Assembly (NCBI GenBank): GCA_965202625.1
Contig: CBDBBI010000010.1
Coordinates: 2,528,001-2,592,000, forward strand
Origin: a bacterium
GTDB lineage: Bacteria; UBA8248
Length of the DNA stretch: 64,000 nucleotides
Direction: 5' to 3'
In this document: positions 28,720 to 40,253 of the stretch, piece by piece
Layout: every line of letters begins with the position of its first letter
Numbering within the stretch: the first letter of the stretch is position 1
Position numbers and translations under genes: made by a program
Notes under the pieces: generated by a model
Told to the model about the DNA's origin: nothing
What the model saw: the letters and a program-made list of their open reading frames with translations, nothing else
Database searches by the model: none

Positions 28720-29514
28720 TTAAAGTAAACTCTGTATTGATTGACGCTTTGCTTCTTTCAACCTTTCGTTTGCAATGGCAACAAAAGGTTCGTGTTTTTC
28801 AATGCCAATAAATCGTCTGCCAAGTTTCTGGCATATTACGGAACACGTCCCCACACCCGCAAACGGATCGAGCACAAGTTCACCCTTCCTTGAACTTGCT
28901 CTCACCAATCTTTCCATCAACTTCTCAGGTTTTTGTATGGTGTTTAGAACTTTGCGACTCGCAAGCTCCTTTGACTTGTAAGTTAATTGTTTAATATCTC
29001 CCCAAACGTCTCCAGGGTTCTTTCCTTGAGCGTTGAATTTTGTTTTGCCGAATTTTCCGTTGGCAACGGAAGGGACACGTTCGCACCTAAGTCTGTGTTC
29101 CAGTTCCACAAGCTGTTTCACCCGAATTGCATCGAGATCAAAAATCTTTGGTCTGTCCCCTTTGATGAAGTAGCATATTATGTCGTAGTTGTTCGTATAG
29201 TTGATTCTGCCTTGAGACAATCTGCCAGGCTGAAACCAGACAATTTTTGATTGCAGGTTGAGATATGGCCGATAATCAATGAAGTCTATGCAGTTTGGTT
29301 TTCCAAACAGATACAATGCGCCACCATCTTTTAATTTTGAGGCAAATATCTTGATCAGGCGCAGGTTGAACTCTTGAACGTCGCTTACCTTGTCCCATTC
29401 ATTCGTAGTTACGCCATAAGGCCCATCACAAATGATCAGATCAAAAATTCCATCATTCATTTTTGAAAACAAGTCGAACGCGTTGGCATGGTAAACGCGA
29501 TTCACTTCCATCAT
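28720..29514 (-). CDS. Beta-class N4/N6 DNA methyltransferase
   Basis: DLIICDGPY (variant motif IV), NPGDVW, QKPEKL and LDPFAGVGT (motif I). Confidence 0.9.
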   Translation of the reverse strand: MMEVNRVYHANAFDLFSKMNDGIFDLIICDGPYGVTTNEWDKVSDVQEFNLRLIKIFASKLKDGGALYLFGKPNCIDFIDYRPYLNLQSKIVWFQPGRLSQGRINYTNNYDIICYFIKGDRPKIFDLDAIRVKQLVELEHRLRCERVPSVANGKFGKTKFNAQGKNPGDVWGDIKQLTYKSKELASRKVLNTIQKPEKLMERLVRASSRKGELVLDPFAGVGTCSVICQKLGRRFIGIEKHEPFVAIANERLKEAKRQSIQSLL

Positions 29515-29561
29515 GGTTTCACCTTCTGCTGAAGAATAACGCATAAGCAAATTCCGGGTTT

Positions 29562-30662
29562 TTACTCGTGCACCACGACACTGCGCGCCACCTCGCCGTT
29601 GATCAGCGCTTGATACGCCTCGTTGATCTGCTCTATCGACCACTCCTTCGTGAGGAGGTCGTCAAGGTTCAGTTTTCCGGCCATATACAGGTCGATGAGC
29701 CGGGGCACCTCGAGGCGCGGGTTGCAGGAGCCATACAGCGAGCCGATCAGGCGTTTCTCCTCCGTCACCAGCGCCGTGGGGTGTATCGACACCTTTGATT
29801 TCACGTCGGCGATTCCCACGATGACGGCCGTTCCGCCCGTGCGGACGCTCTGAAACGCGGTCGCCATCACCTCGGGCAAGCCGATAAGCTCAAAGGCGTA
29901 GTGCGCACCCTTCCCCTTCGTGATCTCCCGAATGGCCTCGACGGCGTTCTCGTCCGAGGAGTTCACGACGTGGGTTGCGCCGAAGGTTTTTGCCATCTCC
30001 AGCTTGTTCTGCATCAGATCGACCGCGATGATAGGCTCCGCCCCCACGAGCGCCGCGCCCTGGATGGCGTTCAGCCCCACGCCTCCGGCGCCGAACACGG
30101 CCACGCTTTCGCCCGGACGCACCTTCGCCGCGTTCGTCACCGCGCCCACGCCGGTGATGACGGCGCAGCTCACCACCGCCGCCTTCTCGAGCGACATGTC
30201 CTTCCTGATCTTCAAAACCGATTTTTCCGAGACTACCGAATGGGAGCTGAAGGTGGAGACGCCGAGGAAGTGGTGCACCTTCTCGCCGTTTATCGTGAAG
30301 CGCGTGGTCCCGTCCGAGAGCGTCCCGTCGGTCCGCATGCGAATGCCCTCGCCGCAGATCGCGGGCCGGCCCGAGAGGCACAGCTCGCAATTCCCGCAAC
30401 TGTAGCGCCAGACGGAGACCACGTGATCGCCGGGCTTCACGGAGCGCACGCCGGGCCCCACCTCCTCCACGACGCCCGCCCCCTCATGCCCCATGACGAT
30501 GGGCGTCGGCACCGGAAACACGCCCGCCATGGCGTGGTGGTCGCTGTGGCAGACGCCGCCCGCGCGGTAGCGCACGAGCACCTCCCCCGTCCTGGGCGGG
30601 GCCACCTCGATGGGTTCGATGGTCATCGGCTTGCCGACTTCGTGGAATATGGCTGCTTTCAT
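29562..30662 (-). CDS. Zn-dependent alcohol dehydrogenase (class III-like)
   Basis: GVCHSD, GHEGAG, CGNCELC structural Zn, SCAVITGVGA and GAGGVG motifs. Confidence 0.92.
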   Translation of the reverse strand: MKAAIFHEVGKPMTIEPIEVAPPRTGEVLVRYRAGGVCHSDHHAMAGVFPVPTPIVMGHEGAGVVEEVGPGVRSVKPGDHVVSVWRYSCGNCELCLSGRPAICGEGIRMRTDGTLSDGTTRFTINGEKVHHFLGVSTFSSHSVVSEKSVLKIRKDMSLEKAAVVSCAVITGVGAVTNAAKVRPGESVAVFGAGGVGLNAIQGAALVGAEPIIAVDLMQNKLEMAKTFGATHVVNSSDENAVEAIREITKGKGAHYAFELIGLPEVMATAFQSVRTGGTAVIVGIADVKSKVSIHPTALVTEEKRLIGSLYGSCNPRLEVPRLIDLYMAGKLNLDDLLTKEWSIEQINEAYQALINGEVARSVVVHE

Positions 30663-30924
30663 GGGCACACTCCCTGGTGGATGAGCCTCGTGGATATGTC
30701 ATGCAATTTTCACGTTCATACCTGAAATGCGGATGAATTGCACCCGGCTTCGCGCCGCTCGCCTGCGCGTTGCGACGCGGGAGGCGTCCCTGGGCGCTTT
30801 TGGCAATTCCAGGGCAGGGAAGGGGGAAGGAACGGGGGATGTGGCCTGCGAGACGATGCGGAATCGCCCAAGGCGGCGCGCGCGGGCGAAAGAAGCGCGT
30901 CTTGCATTCTCCCGTGAGGGGGAA

Positions 30925-30952
30925 TTGCGCGGAGGCGTCGATCCCCTATAAT
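30925..30952 (+). promoter_or_regulatory. Putative sigma70-type promoter for the thi operon
   Basis: TTGCGC, 16-nt spacer, TATAAT. Confidence 0.4.
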
Positions 30953-30997
30953 CTGAGGCGGCGAGGCGTCCGCCAATTCTTGGGGGGAGATGAGCGC

Positions 30998-31198
30998 TTG
31001 CGGGTCCGGGTGAACGGAGAGGATAAGGAACTGGACGAGGGCGTGAGCGTCGCGTCGCTTCTCTCGTCCATGTCGCTGGAGCGCAACGGCATCGCCGTGG
31101 CGCTGAACATGGAAATCGTCCGTCGCGGCGCATACGGCGATACGCGTTTATCGGATGGGGATGAGGTCGAAATCGTCCGCGCCGTGGGCGGGGGCTGA
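30998..31198 (+). CDS. thiS: Sulfur carrier protein ThiS
   Basis: [13 protein letters not shown] and C-terminal VGGG; upstream of thiG. Confidence 0.92.
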   Translation: MRVRVNGEDKELDEGVSVASLLSSMSLERNGIAVALNMEIVRRGAYGDTRLSDGDEVEIVRAVGGG

Positions 31199-31254
31199 AT
31201 CTGGAGCAGAAACGGGCGCGGGCCTTTGTCGCCCTGTGCCGGGAGGTTCACAAG

Positions 31255-32028
31255 ATGAGCACGTATGAAATCGGGGGCAAAACGTTTGCTTCCCGCCTGT
31301 GGGTGGGATCGGGCAAATATCCGAGTTTCGCCGTGATGCGCGACGCTCTGGAGGCGAGCGGGACGGAGATGGTCACCGTTGCAGTGCGGCGTGTGGATTT
31401 GGCCGATGATTCGGCGGAGGGCTTCTGGGCGCATTTCGACAGGGATAGGTATACCATTCTCCCCAACACGGCGGGCTGCTATGACGTGAAAAGCGCGGTG
31501 ACGACGGCGCGGCTGGCGCGCGAAGCTACAGGCTCTGACTTCGTGAAGGTTGAGGTCATCGGGGATGAGGACACCCTTTTTCCGGACAACGAGGGACTGC
31601 TTGAGGCGTGCCGGATTCTGCTTGAGGACGGCTTCATCGTTCTGCCCTATTGCATTGACGATCCGGTGGTCTGCAAGAAGCTCGAGGACCTGGGCTGTCA
31701 CGCCGTCATGCCCCTCGCCGCGCCGATTGGTTCAGGTCTCGGAATCCGCAACCCCTACAACCTCCAGATCATCCTGGAGCAAATCTCTGTTCCCGTCATC
31801 GTAGACGCCGGAGTGGGCACGGCTTCTGACGCCTCGGTGGCCATGGAGCTGGGCGCGACGGCCGTCTTGACGCAGACGGCGGTCGCCGGCGCCGACGATC
31901 CGGTGAAGATGGCGCGCGCCATGAACCTGGCGGTGGAGGCGGGCCGCCTCGCCCACGAGGCGGGGCGGATTCCCATGAAGCTCTACGCCACGGCGTCAAG
32001 CCCGTTGGCGGGCGTCATCGGCTCCTAG
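31255..32028 (+). CDS. thiG: Thiazole synthase
   Basis: [34 protein letters not shown] and ATASSP motifs. Confidence 0.96.
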   Translation: MSTYEIGGKTFASRLWVGSGKYPSFAVMRDALEASGTEMVTVAVRRVDLADDSAEGFWAHFDRDRYTILPNTAGCYDVKSAVTTARLAREATGSDFVKVEVIGDEDTLFPDNEGLLEACRILLEDGFIVLPYCIDDPVVCKKLEDLGCHAVMPLAAPIGSGLGIRNPYNLQIILEQISVPVIVDAGVGTASDASVAMELGATAVLTQTAVAGADDPVKMARAMNLAVEAGRLAHEAGRIPMKLYATASSPLAGVIGS

Positions 32029-32049
32029 GTCTCCGGCGGCGAAAAAATC

Positions 32050-32673
32050 TTGAAGCCCCGCCTCGACCCGCTGTATCTCATCACCGACAGAAACGCCCCT
32101 GAGTCGGGCGATCTTCTGGGCGCACTGGAGGCGGCCCTCGCCGGCGGAGTGCGCTTCGTCCAGTTCAGAGAAAAGGATTTGCCCCCTCTGGAACGGCTGA
32201 AACTGGGAAGGGAGGTCGCCGCCCTGGCGGAGAGATACGGCGCGTTCATGCTCGTAAACGGGGAGCCCGCGCTGGCCGAGGCTCTCGGCGCGCCGGGACT
32301 CCACCTGGGCAGGGCTACGGTTTCCGTCTCGGTGATGCGGGCGCGGGGGTATCGGGGCGTCATCGGCTATTCCGCCCACGGCGGAGAGGAGGCGGCGGAG
32401 GCACTCGCCGCCGGCGCGGATTTCGTCACCCTCAGCCCCGTCTTTCCGAGCGTCAGCAAATTCTCCTCCGGCCCCGTCCTGGGGCTTGACGCCTTCGAGC
32501 GCGCCCTTGGCGTCTGTGAGGGGCCCGTCTATGCCTTGGGTGGCGTGGGGGCTGCGAACGCGGCGGCTTGTCTGGCGAGAGGCGCGCGCGGCGTCGCGCT
32601 CATCGGCGCGATTCTCGGAGCGGACGATCCGGTCCGGGCGGTCCGGGAGGTGCGCGCGGCCTTGTCCGTTTAG
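32050..32673 (+). CDS. thiE: Thiamine-phosphate synthase (ThiE/TenI family)
   Basis: LYLITDR, VQFREKD, GLHLG, SPVFPSVSK and YALGG motifs. Confidence 0.8.
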   Translation: MKPRLDPLYLITDRNAPESGDLLGALEAALAGGVRFVQFREKDLPPLERLKLGREVAALAERYGAFMLVNGEPALAEALGAPGLHLGRATVSVSVMRARGYRGVIGYSAHGGEEAAEALAAGADFVTLSPVFPSVSKFSSGPVLGLDAFERALGVCEGPVYALGGVGAANAAACLARGARGVALIGAILGADDPVRAVREVRAALSV

Positions 32674-32783
32674 GCGCGCGGTCAAGTTGCGCGCCAGCCC
32701 CTTGAGAAATCCGCCTGAATGCTCAACAATGGCGCAAAATTTCCATTCTCATGGTTTTCACGCGACCGACTGGGGGGACTCTC

Positions 32784-34739
<1,956 letters not shown>

Positions 34740-34765
34740 AGGGAAGGCGTCGCACGACATAAGCC

Positions 34766-34873
34766 CGTCATTCCGGCGAAAGCCGCAAACCATGAGGGGC
34801 GAGAAATATACGGCCCCTGGATTCCGGCCCGTCGCCCAGGCGTCGCGGAATCCGCTCTTGCACTGGAATGACG
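34766..34873. repeat. Degenerate REP-like palindromic element
   Basis: Terminal inverted repeat CGTCATTCC...GGAATGACG, internal CGGC-GAAA-GCCG hairpin and GGATTCCG/CGGAATCC pair. Confidence 0.55.
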
Positions 34874-35089
34874 ACCCGCCAGAGCGTGAAGGAGAACGGC
34901 TGGCCCTCGCCCGCGTTGAAAAAGAGGGGATAGCGGCTCGGTAGCCGGAATGGGCGATGCAGGCGAATTATGGGACGGCCTCGTCGCTCTTTTGCAGGTC
35001 GCTGCTCTTGATCGGAAAGACGTGCGCATCATCCTATGCGCTACTTCTGCCCAACTCCCCAAAGGATGGGATTTACTGGAGGTTTGAAA

Positions 35090-35536
35090 ATGACGGGAAA
35101 AACACGCAGAAAAAAAACGCAGCTTGGCAGGAAAATCGGAGGAATCCTCGCTAAAATAGACATGAAGCGAGAAGACCTCGAGAGCGGCGCCGGAATAACA
35201 AAGTATAAGATGGGAAAAATCATGTTTGAGAAGAGATATGACAGGATCGCTCTCGAACGTCTTATGTCCTTCCTGGATGGACATTTCACGGACGAGGAGA
35301 AATCTCTTTTTATGGAGGGCGCTAGTTCTTCAGTGAACAGGAAATACCGCATTATTGAATTCAGGGTTAAAACAGATTCCTGGGAAGAGAAGGTGTTGAA
35401 TACCTTTAACGCATACCTCACATCTGAAGTAGAAAAGGAAGGATACGGCAAAAGGAGCCTGTATTTGCTTTTGCAGTTGATCGGAGACAGGGTGAGCGAT
35501 GGACGTCCCGAAGCAAATGTGACATCGGTTAAGTGA
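35090..35536 (+). CDS. Uncharacterised HTH-like (XRE-like) protein, island family copy 1
   Basis: GGAGG RBS; TQLGRKI...REDLESGAGITKYKMGKI resembles an HTH; homologous to two other island segments. Confidence 0.65.
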   Translation: MTGKTRRKKTQLGRKIGGILAKIDMKREDLESGAGITKYKMGKIMFEKRYDRIALERLMSFLDGHFTDEEKSLFMEGASSSVNRKYRIIEFRVKTDSWEEKVLNTFNAYLTSEVEKEGYGKRSLYLLLQLIGDRVSDGRPEANVTSVK

Positions 35537-36114
35537 ATCTGCATCCGTTCCAAAACGACATAGTGGAGAATGTGTCGAGGAGCTTTCGTTCGGTCAGATC
35601 GGTTTGCATTGTTTTGCCTACGGGTGCGGGCAAGACCATCATCGCCGGTGAAATATCCCGTCGCATATTTCGGCAGATGCAGGGACAAAAGGGCGTTGTC
35701 TGCCTTTACCTCGTCCACCGACAGGAGCTTTTATGGCAGACGGTGCGCACGCTGAAACAATTTGGACTTGACCGATATGTCGGCATTGTCGCCGCTGGAC
35801 AGCACGTAATTCGCCAAATGGTGTATGACGATCGCTACTCCCCCGACGTGCTCGACAAACTTGTCGCCGCCTTTCCGACGTTTTTTGACGAGGAAAACAT
35901 CCATCGTTTTCGCGCAAAAGCACAATCCGGAGAGGCGTCGCAGCCTGGGCTTCTTGATAAGATGTGGGATTTGATGGGATATGTGGGCGGATGGGCAGCA
36001 TGTGCCCGGAAACCCGGTATTTTCAAACCATCCTCTGGTCCGCCCGATACAACAGATCAACAAGAATTCACCGATGCAACAGATGAAGAATTAAAAGAGT
36101 TGATGGCATATTAG
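35533..36114 (+). pseudogene. Truncated SF2 helicase N-terminus fused in frame to a fragment of the island HTH-like family
   Basis: LHPFQ Q-motif, LPTGAGKT Walker A and LVHRQELL motif Ia, then no DEAH box; continues into RQMVYDDRYSPDVLDKL. Confidence 0.7.
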
Positions 36115-36179
36115 GAAGATATTGATGACGTTTCCGCTTCTCCGCCACCAGATCCAGAAGAAGAGGAGCTGTCTGGGTG

Positions 36180-37274
36180 ATGCGTCTGGAAGAAACCTTG
36201 AAAAAGGCGGTCGCTCTCATTCGCTCCGGCGTGCTGAACAACGAGGCGGGAGTCAAACTGTCGGTGATTTTGCCGATTCTGCGCGCCCTGGATTGGGAAG
36301 ACGATAATCCAGACGAAATCAGGCCGGATGTTTCCATCGCCGGCGGCAAGGTGGACTATCTATTGCTCCGCAGGCATGGCGAACCGCTGGCTTTCATGAA
36401 AATCAGACGTTCTGGCTCTATGGACGCTGCGGATGAGAAGTATTTGTTCGCATATGCCTCCAAAAATAAGATTCCGTTCGTCATTTTGACGGACGGCAAC
36501 CTGTGGGATTTTTATCTCAGCACGGCGAACGGCACCCTCTCCGAGCGCCGATTCTACCGAGCGGAATTGAAGCGCGAGGAAAGGATTTCCGAATACGTAG
36601 AGTCTCTGGAGATATTTCTTTTCCGGAGTCGCGTTGTCTCAGGCGAAGCGAGGCGCGCGGCGGAGCAACGGCTCAGGGAACGCTGGGGCGACGCGATGCT
36701 GCGCGCCTGGCGGAAGCTGGTGGACGCTTCAAATCGGGCGCGTGGAGAGAGGCTTCGCAACCTGCTTACGGAAGAGGTGGAGGACGAATGCGGAACGAGG
36801 CCGCACCCGGACGATGTAAAGAAGTTTTTGAAGGGGCTTATTCCCGATGTCCCGCCACCTCCTCCGCCACCCCCACCCCCGCCGAAACTTGGTGAGTTGA
36901 GGCTGATTGAAAAGAACTCCAAAATTATCGGCTTCATTCTGGACGGCAAGCGCGTGGAAACGGGCGTTGGTAGTCGAACCCTGGCCGAAGTGATAAAAAA
37001 GTTCGCCCGCCGCGATTCTGGTTTTATGGAGCGCTTCGCCGCTCAAACGGTGAGCAAAAGCAAGCAAGGGGATGGGACTCCAATACAACGATTGGTGGCG
37101 CGGAATCGCCAGGACATTAACGTCAGGCCCGATTTGGCGGTGAAACACTCCCGAGACTTGGAAAATGGATGGTGGCTGGGGACTTGTCGCAACATGAGCC
37201 AAATACGAAACTACATCAAAATCGCTTGCGAGATCGCGGGCGTGAAGTTCAGCGCGCAGTTTGAAGCTGATTGA
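36180..37274 (+). CDS. HsdR_N-type nuclease domain (degenerate), poly-Pro linker and putative DNA-binding C-terminal domain
   Basis: ILPILRALDW, VDYLL and ILTDG motifs; FMKIRR replaces FIEAK; C-terminal RLVA..GWWLGT resembles SeqA-C-like domains. Confidence 0.7.
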   Translation: MRLEETLKKAVALIRSGVLNNEAGVKLSVILPILRALDWEDDNPDEIRPDVSIAGGKVDYLLLRRHGEPLAFMKIRRSGSMDAADEKYLFAYASKNKIPFVILTDGNLWDFYLSTANGTLSERRFYRAELKREERISEYVESLEIFLFRSRVVSGEARRAAEQRLRERWGDAMLRAWRKLVDASNRARGERLRNLLTEEVEDECGTRPHPDDVKKFLKGLIPDVPPPPPPPPPPPKLGELRLIEKNSKIIGFILDGKRVETGVGSRTLAEVIKKFARRDSGFMERFAAQTVSKSKQGDGTPIQRLVARNRQDINVRPDLAVKHSRDLENGWWLGTCRNMSQIRNYIKIACEIAGVKFSAQFEAD

Positions 37275-37349
37275 AATTTGACGCGCGCCTAGGGGAGGGC
37301 AGCGAACCTTTCACGTTTTCACGCTCTTTTGTCGAGGAGGTATCTGCGG

Positions 37350-39794
37350 ATGTGTCTGGAAGAAACCTTGAAAAAGGCGGCCGAGCATTTCCATCCTGAT
37401 ATGATGGAAGCGCAAGTCAAGCAGGCAGTTGTCCTGCCGATTCTGCGCGCCCTGGATTGGGACGATTCTGACCCGGCCGAGTTCGTGCCGGAGTTTTCTG
37501 TGAGTGAGGGCTACGTAGATTACGCGCTGCTTTGCGCGCCGGATGGTCCGCTGGTTTTCATCGAAGCCAAAAGACCCGGTGGGGTGGATGTAAAGGCTGA
37601 GGAACAGCTGTTTCGATATGCGAACAACAAGGGCGTCCCCCTCCTTATTTTGACGGATGGCGACGCTTGGGATTTTTACCTCAGCATGGCGGTCGGCGAA
37701 CCCGCCAATAGACAGTTCTGCAGAGTGGAGTTGACGCGCGAGGAGAGGATTCCCGAATACGCCAAATTTTTTGAAGTATATCTACGAAAAAGCAACGTCG
37801 CTTCCGGTGAAGCCAAGCGCACTGCGGAGGAAAAACACAAAAACAATAAGGACAAGACGAAAGCGCACAGGGCCATTCCGGGCGTTTGGAGAGAACTCCT
37901 GGAGACTCCGGATGGGAAGCTGTGCGATTTGCTCACCGAAGAGGTGGAGAGCGCCTGCGGAACCAAGCCGCACGCAGACGATGTAAAGCAGTTTTTGAAG
38001 GGGCTTATTCCTGATAAGCCTCCGCCGCAGACCCCGACCTTAAAGAACTCCAATAGGAGATCTCGAGACATTCAGAGCTGTGGAGCCGCAAAAAAGCCGA
38101 AAGAGATAATCCATTTTGAACCCATGTCGGAAACCGAGCATTTTCGCGTCCTTGGATTGCCCGACTCTACAAATGTGGCGATACAAATCAAGGCAACGCA
38201 CGAAATACAGGTCATCCCGCGAGACACGATCCAGCAGGAAGGCAATCTGATCACCATTGCACCGCTGCAATGGTGGATCGAGCAGGCGGGAGGGCAGGGA
38301 TTCGGAAAAAAGGGGATAAGACTGGCTTTTGCAGACTCGATCATTCGCGCGGCAGAAAAAAAGGGAAGCATCAACGTTTCGGAAAGAATCAGGGCGCGCG
38401 GTGCAGCCGTATCGCCAAAAGGCGTCACCTATAACGTTGGCGATGGAGTTCTGGTTGCCGGGCCCGATGGGCGGCTGTCGGATAAAAAGCTGTTCTCGGA
38501 TATGGATGACGAGTACCTGTATGTGCCTGGCCCCAAAATTAAACTCAAGGAGGACGTGCGCGCCGAGCGATGGTGCAAAGAGCTCTATGACGCCGTGATG
38601 GCTTACAGGTGGAACGAAGCGATAGACGGTCGAGCGTTTATGGGATGGATCGTGTCCAGCATAGTGGGAGGCGCACTGGATTTCAGGCCTATGGGGTGGC
38701 TGATAGCCCCCGCATCTACAGGCAAGACTTTCCTTTTGGAAAAGGTATTGACCACAACGCTGGAACATATGGTTTCCGCTTTTGCAAACGCCACGGAAGC
38801 GGCGCTTCGCGCTGTGATGAAATCGGATTCCCTGCCCTGCTATTTCGATGAATTTGAACCGCATGAAGGCGAGGGGCAGAAGTGGGGAAAGATATTGAAC
38901 CTCATTCGGTTGGCTTCTGGCGGAACAGACGCTCATATCAGAGGCACTGCGTCAAACAAGCAGGCTATTATGCACCGTCCACGTTTTTCGATGCTTGTGG
39001 CGAGCAGGATGATGCCGAACCCCTCCACTACTGACGGTTCACATTTTTTCACCATGCGTTTATCGGAAGAGCCTGTAGTGGATTGGCCAAAGGTGCGAGA
39101 TTCCATCCTTGCCGCCACCACTCCTGAAAAGACGATAGCCATCCGAACGCACGTCATACGCAACACTCCATCTATTCTTGCAAGCGTGAACCGAATACTG
39201 GACGACATGTCCCGCGTATTTGGCAAGAAGATGGACATGAGGTTATCCATGATGACTGCGGCGCTCACGGCAGGGGCAGGCTTCATGGGAGGCGATTACA
39301 AGCCATATGTCCTGCGCGATGAGAATAATCCCAACGACACCTACTCCGTCCTCTCCACGCTGCTTACGTCGCTTGTGTACGTCCCTGGCGAGGAAGGCAT
39401 AACGCTGGCCGAGGTGCTGAGGGTGGCGTATTTCACGGAGGATGGGACGTTCATGCCGACTGGAGCGAACCAGATGATGTTGGGCATTGCGAGCCGTCAT
39501 GGTTTTCGCATGGACGGCCCGGAAAGGATGTTTGTAGCGGGCAACCTTGAACCGCAAAACGCGATCATCCAGAGAACGAAATACAGGCATATCGGACTGC
39601 AAGATTATTTTAAGCGGCTGCCTGGCGCAAAGCTCATAAGGGACAAAGACGGATCGTCTATGCGCCTTCGTTTTGGTGGAATGCGCAGGGTCGCCTACGA
39701 ACTTGGCCCAGAAGCCCTTGAAGAGGCGGGATTCACGCCTTCAAAGGGAAGGATAGGAGATGACGACACCATGCCAGTGTATATGCAAAGGTAG
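37350..39794 (+). CDS. HsdR_N-type nuclease fused to a phage primase-helicase-like ATPase domain
   Basis: GAGGAGG RBS; intact PEF..VDYAL..FIEAKR; C-terminal APLQWW, RARGA, APASTGKT (Walker A) and YFDEFE (Walker B). Confidence 0.72.
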   Translation: MCLEETLKKAAEHFHPDMMEAQVKQAVVLPILRALDWDDSDPAEFVPEFSVSEGYVDYALLCAPDGPLVFIEAKRPGGVDVKAEEQLFRYANNKGVPLLILTDGDAWDFYLSMAVGEPANRQFCRVELTREERIPEYAKFFEVYLRKSNVASGEAKRTAEEKHKNNKDKTKAHRAIPGVWRELLETPDGKLCDLLTEEVESACGTKPHADDVKQFLKGLIPDKPPPQTPTLKNSNRRSRDIQSCGAAKKPKEIIHFEPMSETEHFRVLGLPDSTNVAIQIKATHEIQVIPRDTIQQEGNLITIAPLQWWIEQAGGQGFGKKGIRLAFADSIIRAAEKKGSINVSERIRARGAAVSPKGVTYNVGDGVLVAGPDGRLSDKKLFSDMDDEYLYVPGPKIKLKEDVRAERWCKELYDAVMAYRWNEAIDGRAFMGWIVSSIVGGALDFRPMGWLIAPASTGKTFLLEKVLTTTLEHMVSAFANATEAALRAVMKSDSLPCYFDEFEPHEGEGQKWGKILNLIRLASGGTDAHIRGTASNKQAIMHRPRFSMLVASRMMPNPSTTDGSHFFTMRLSEEPVVDWPKVRDSILAATTPEKTIAIRTHVIRNTPSILASVNRILDDMSRVFGKKMDMRLSMMTAALTAGAGFMGGDYKPYVLRDENNPNDTYSVLSTLLTSLVYVPGEEGITLAEVLRVAYFTEDGTFMPTGANQMMLGIASRHGFRMDGPERMFVAGNLEPQNAIIQRTKYRHIGLQDYFKRLPGAKLIRDKDGSSMRLRFGGMRRVAYELGPEALEEAGFTPSKGRIGDDDTMPVYMQR

Positions 39795-39819
39795 AAGAAG
39801 GAAGGGGGCGAGGTCCATT

Positions 39820-40253
39820 TTATAGTGTTTGCTCTTCCTGTTCTGTTTCTAGTGTTTCATCTTTTGCGGCCAAGCGCCAATCTTGCAAATGGGCTATCAA
39901 ATCCTTGAACATATTGTTATCTTTACGTTTCTGTTTCAAGGTTTTCTGCAATTCATCTAGCATTTTTTCTTCAAATGAACCCCGCCTCACCGTAAAACGA
40001 AAATGCCGCCATGAGTTGTGCGATTGTGCGGTTTCGCGAAAATGTTCCTTATCTTTGTCGTCAAAGTATGCAGGGAACAGTTCAAATATCTTTTCAAGCG
40101 CAGACGGATTCTAACTGTCACTGAAAAGCATTTGACCTAGTTGATATCGCGTTAGTCCAGTTGCGCGAAGCATCTCCCCTCGCAATATATTCATGTCCAC
40201 GGCGGCATTCATAATTTTTTTGCCCAGTGTTGTGTATTTCCTTTTTTCCGTTG
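39820..40253 (-). pseudogene. Island HTH-like family copy 3, in-frame TAG at 40113-40111
   Basis: Manual translation KRKYTTLGKKIMNAAVDMNILRGEMLRATGLTRYQLGQMLFSDS*NPSALEKIFELFPAYFDDKDKEHF...GSFEEKML aligns with 35090..35536. Confidence 0.7.

Noticed and set aside
30670-30997. Expected TPP riboswitch upstream of thiS-thiG-thiE
   Set aside because: No recognisable CTGAGA...ACCTGA core in the right arrangement; an Infernal/Rfam scan would be decisive.
30998-31198. ThiS as sulfur donor for the DndC-like enzyme
   Set aside because: It lies 15 kb away in a standard thiamine operon, with no evidence of a link.
36852-36884. CCN-rich low-complexity tract as a possible tandem repeat
   Set aside because: It is a poly-proline linker with mixed codons inside a CDS.
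40111-40113. In-frame TAG as possible pyrrolysine or recoded stop
   Set aside because: It aligns with Tyr in both paralogues (one substitution from TAT/TAC), and TAG is used as a normal stop throughout the window.
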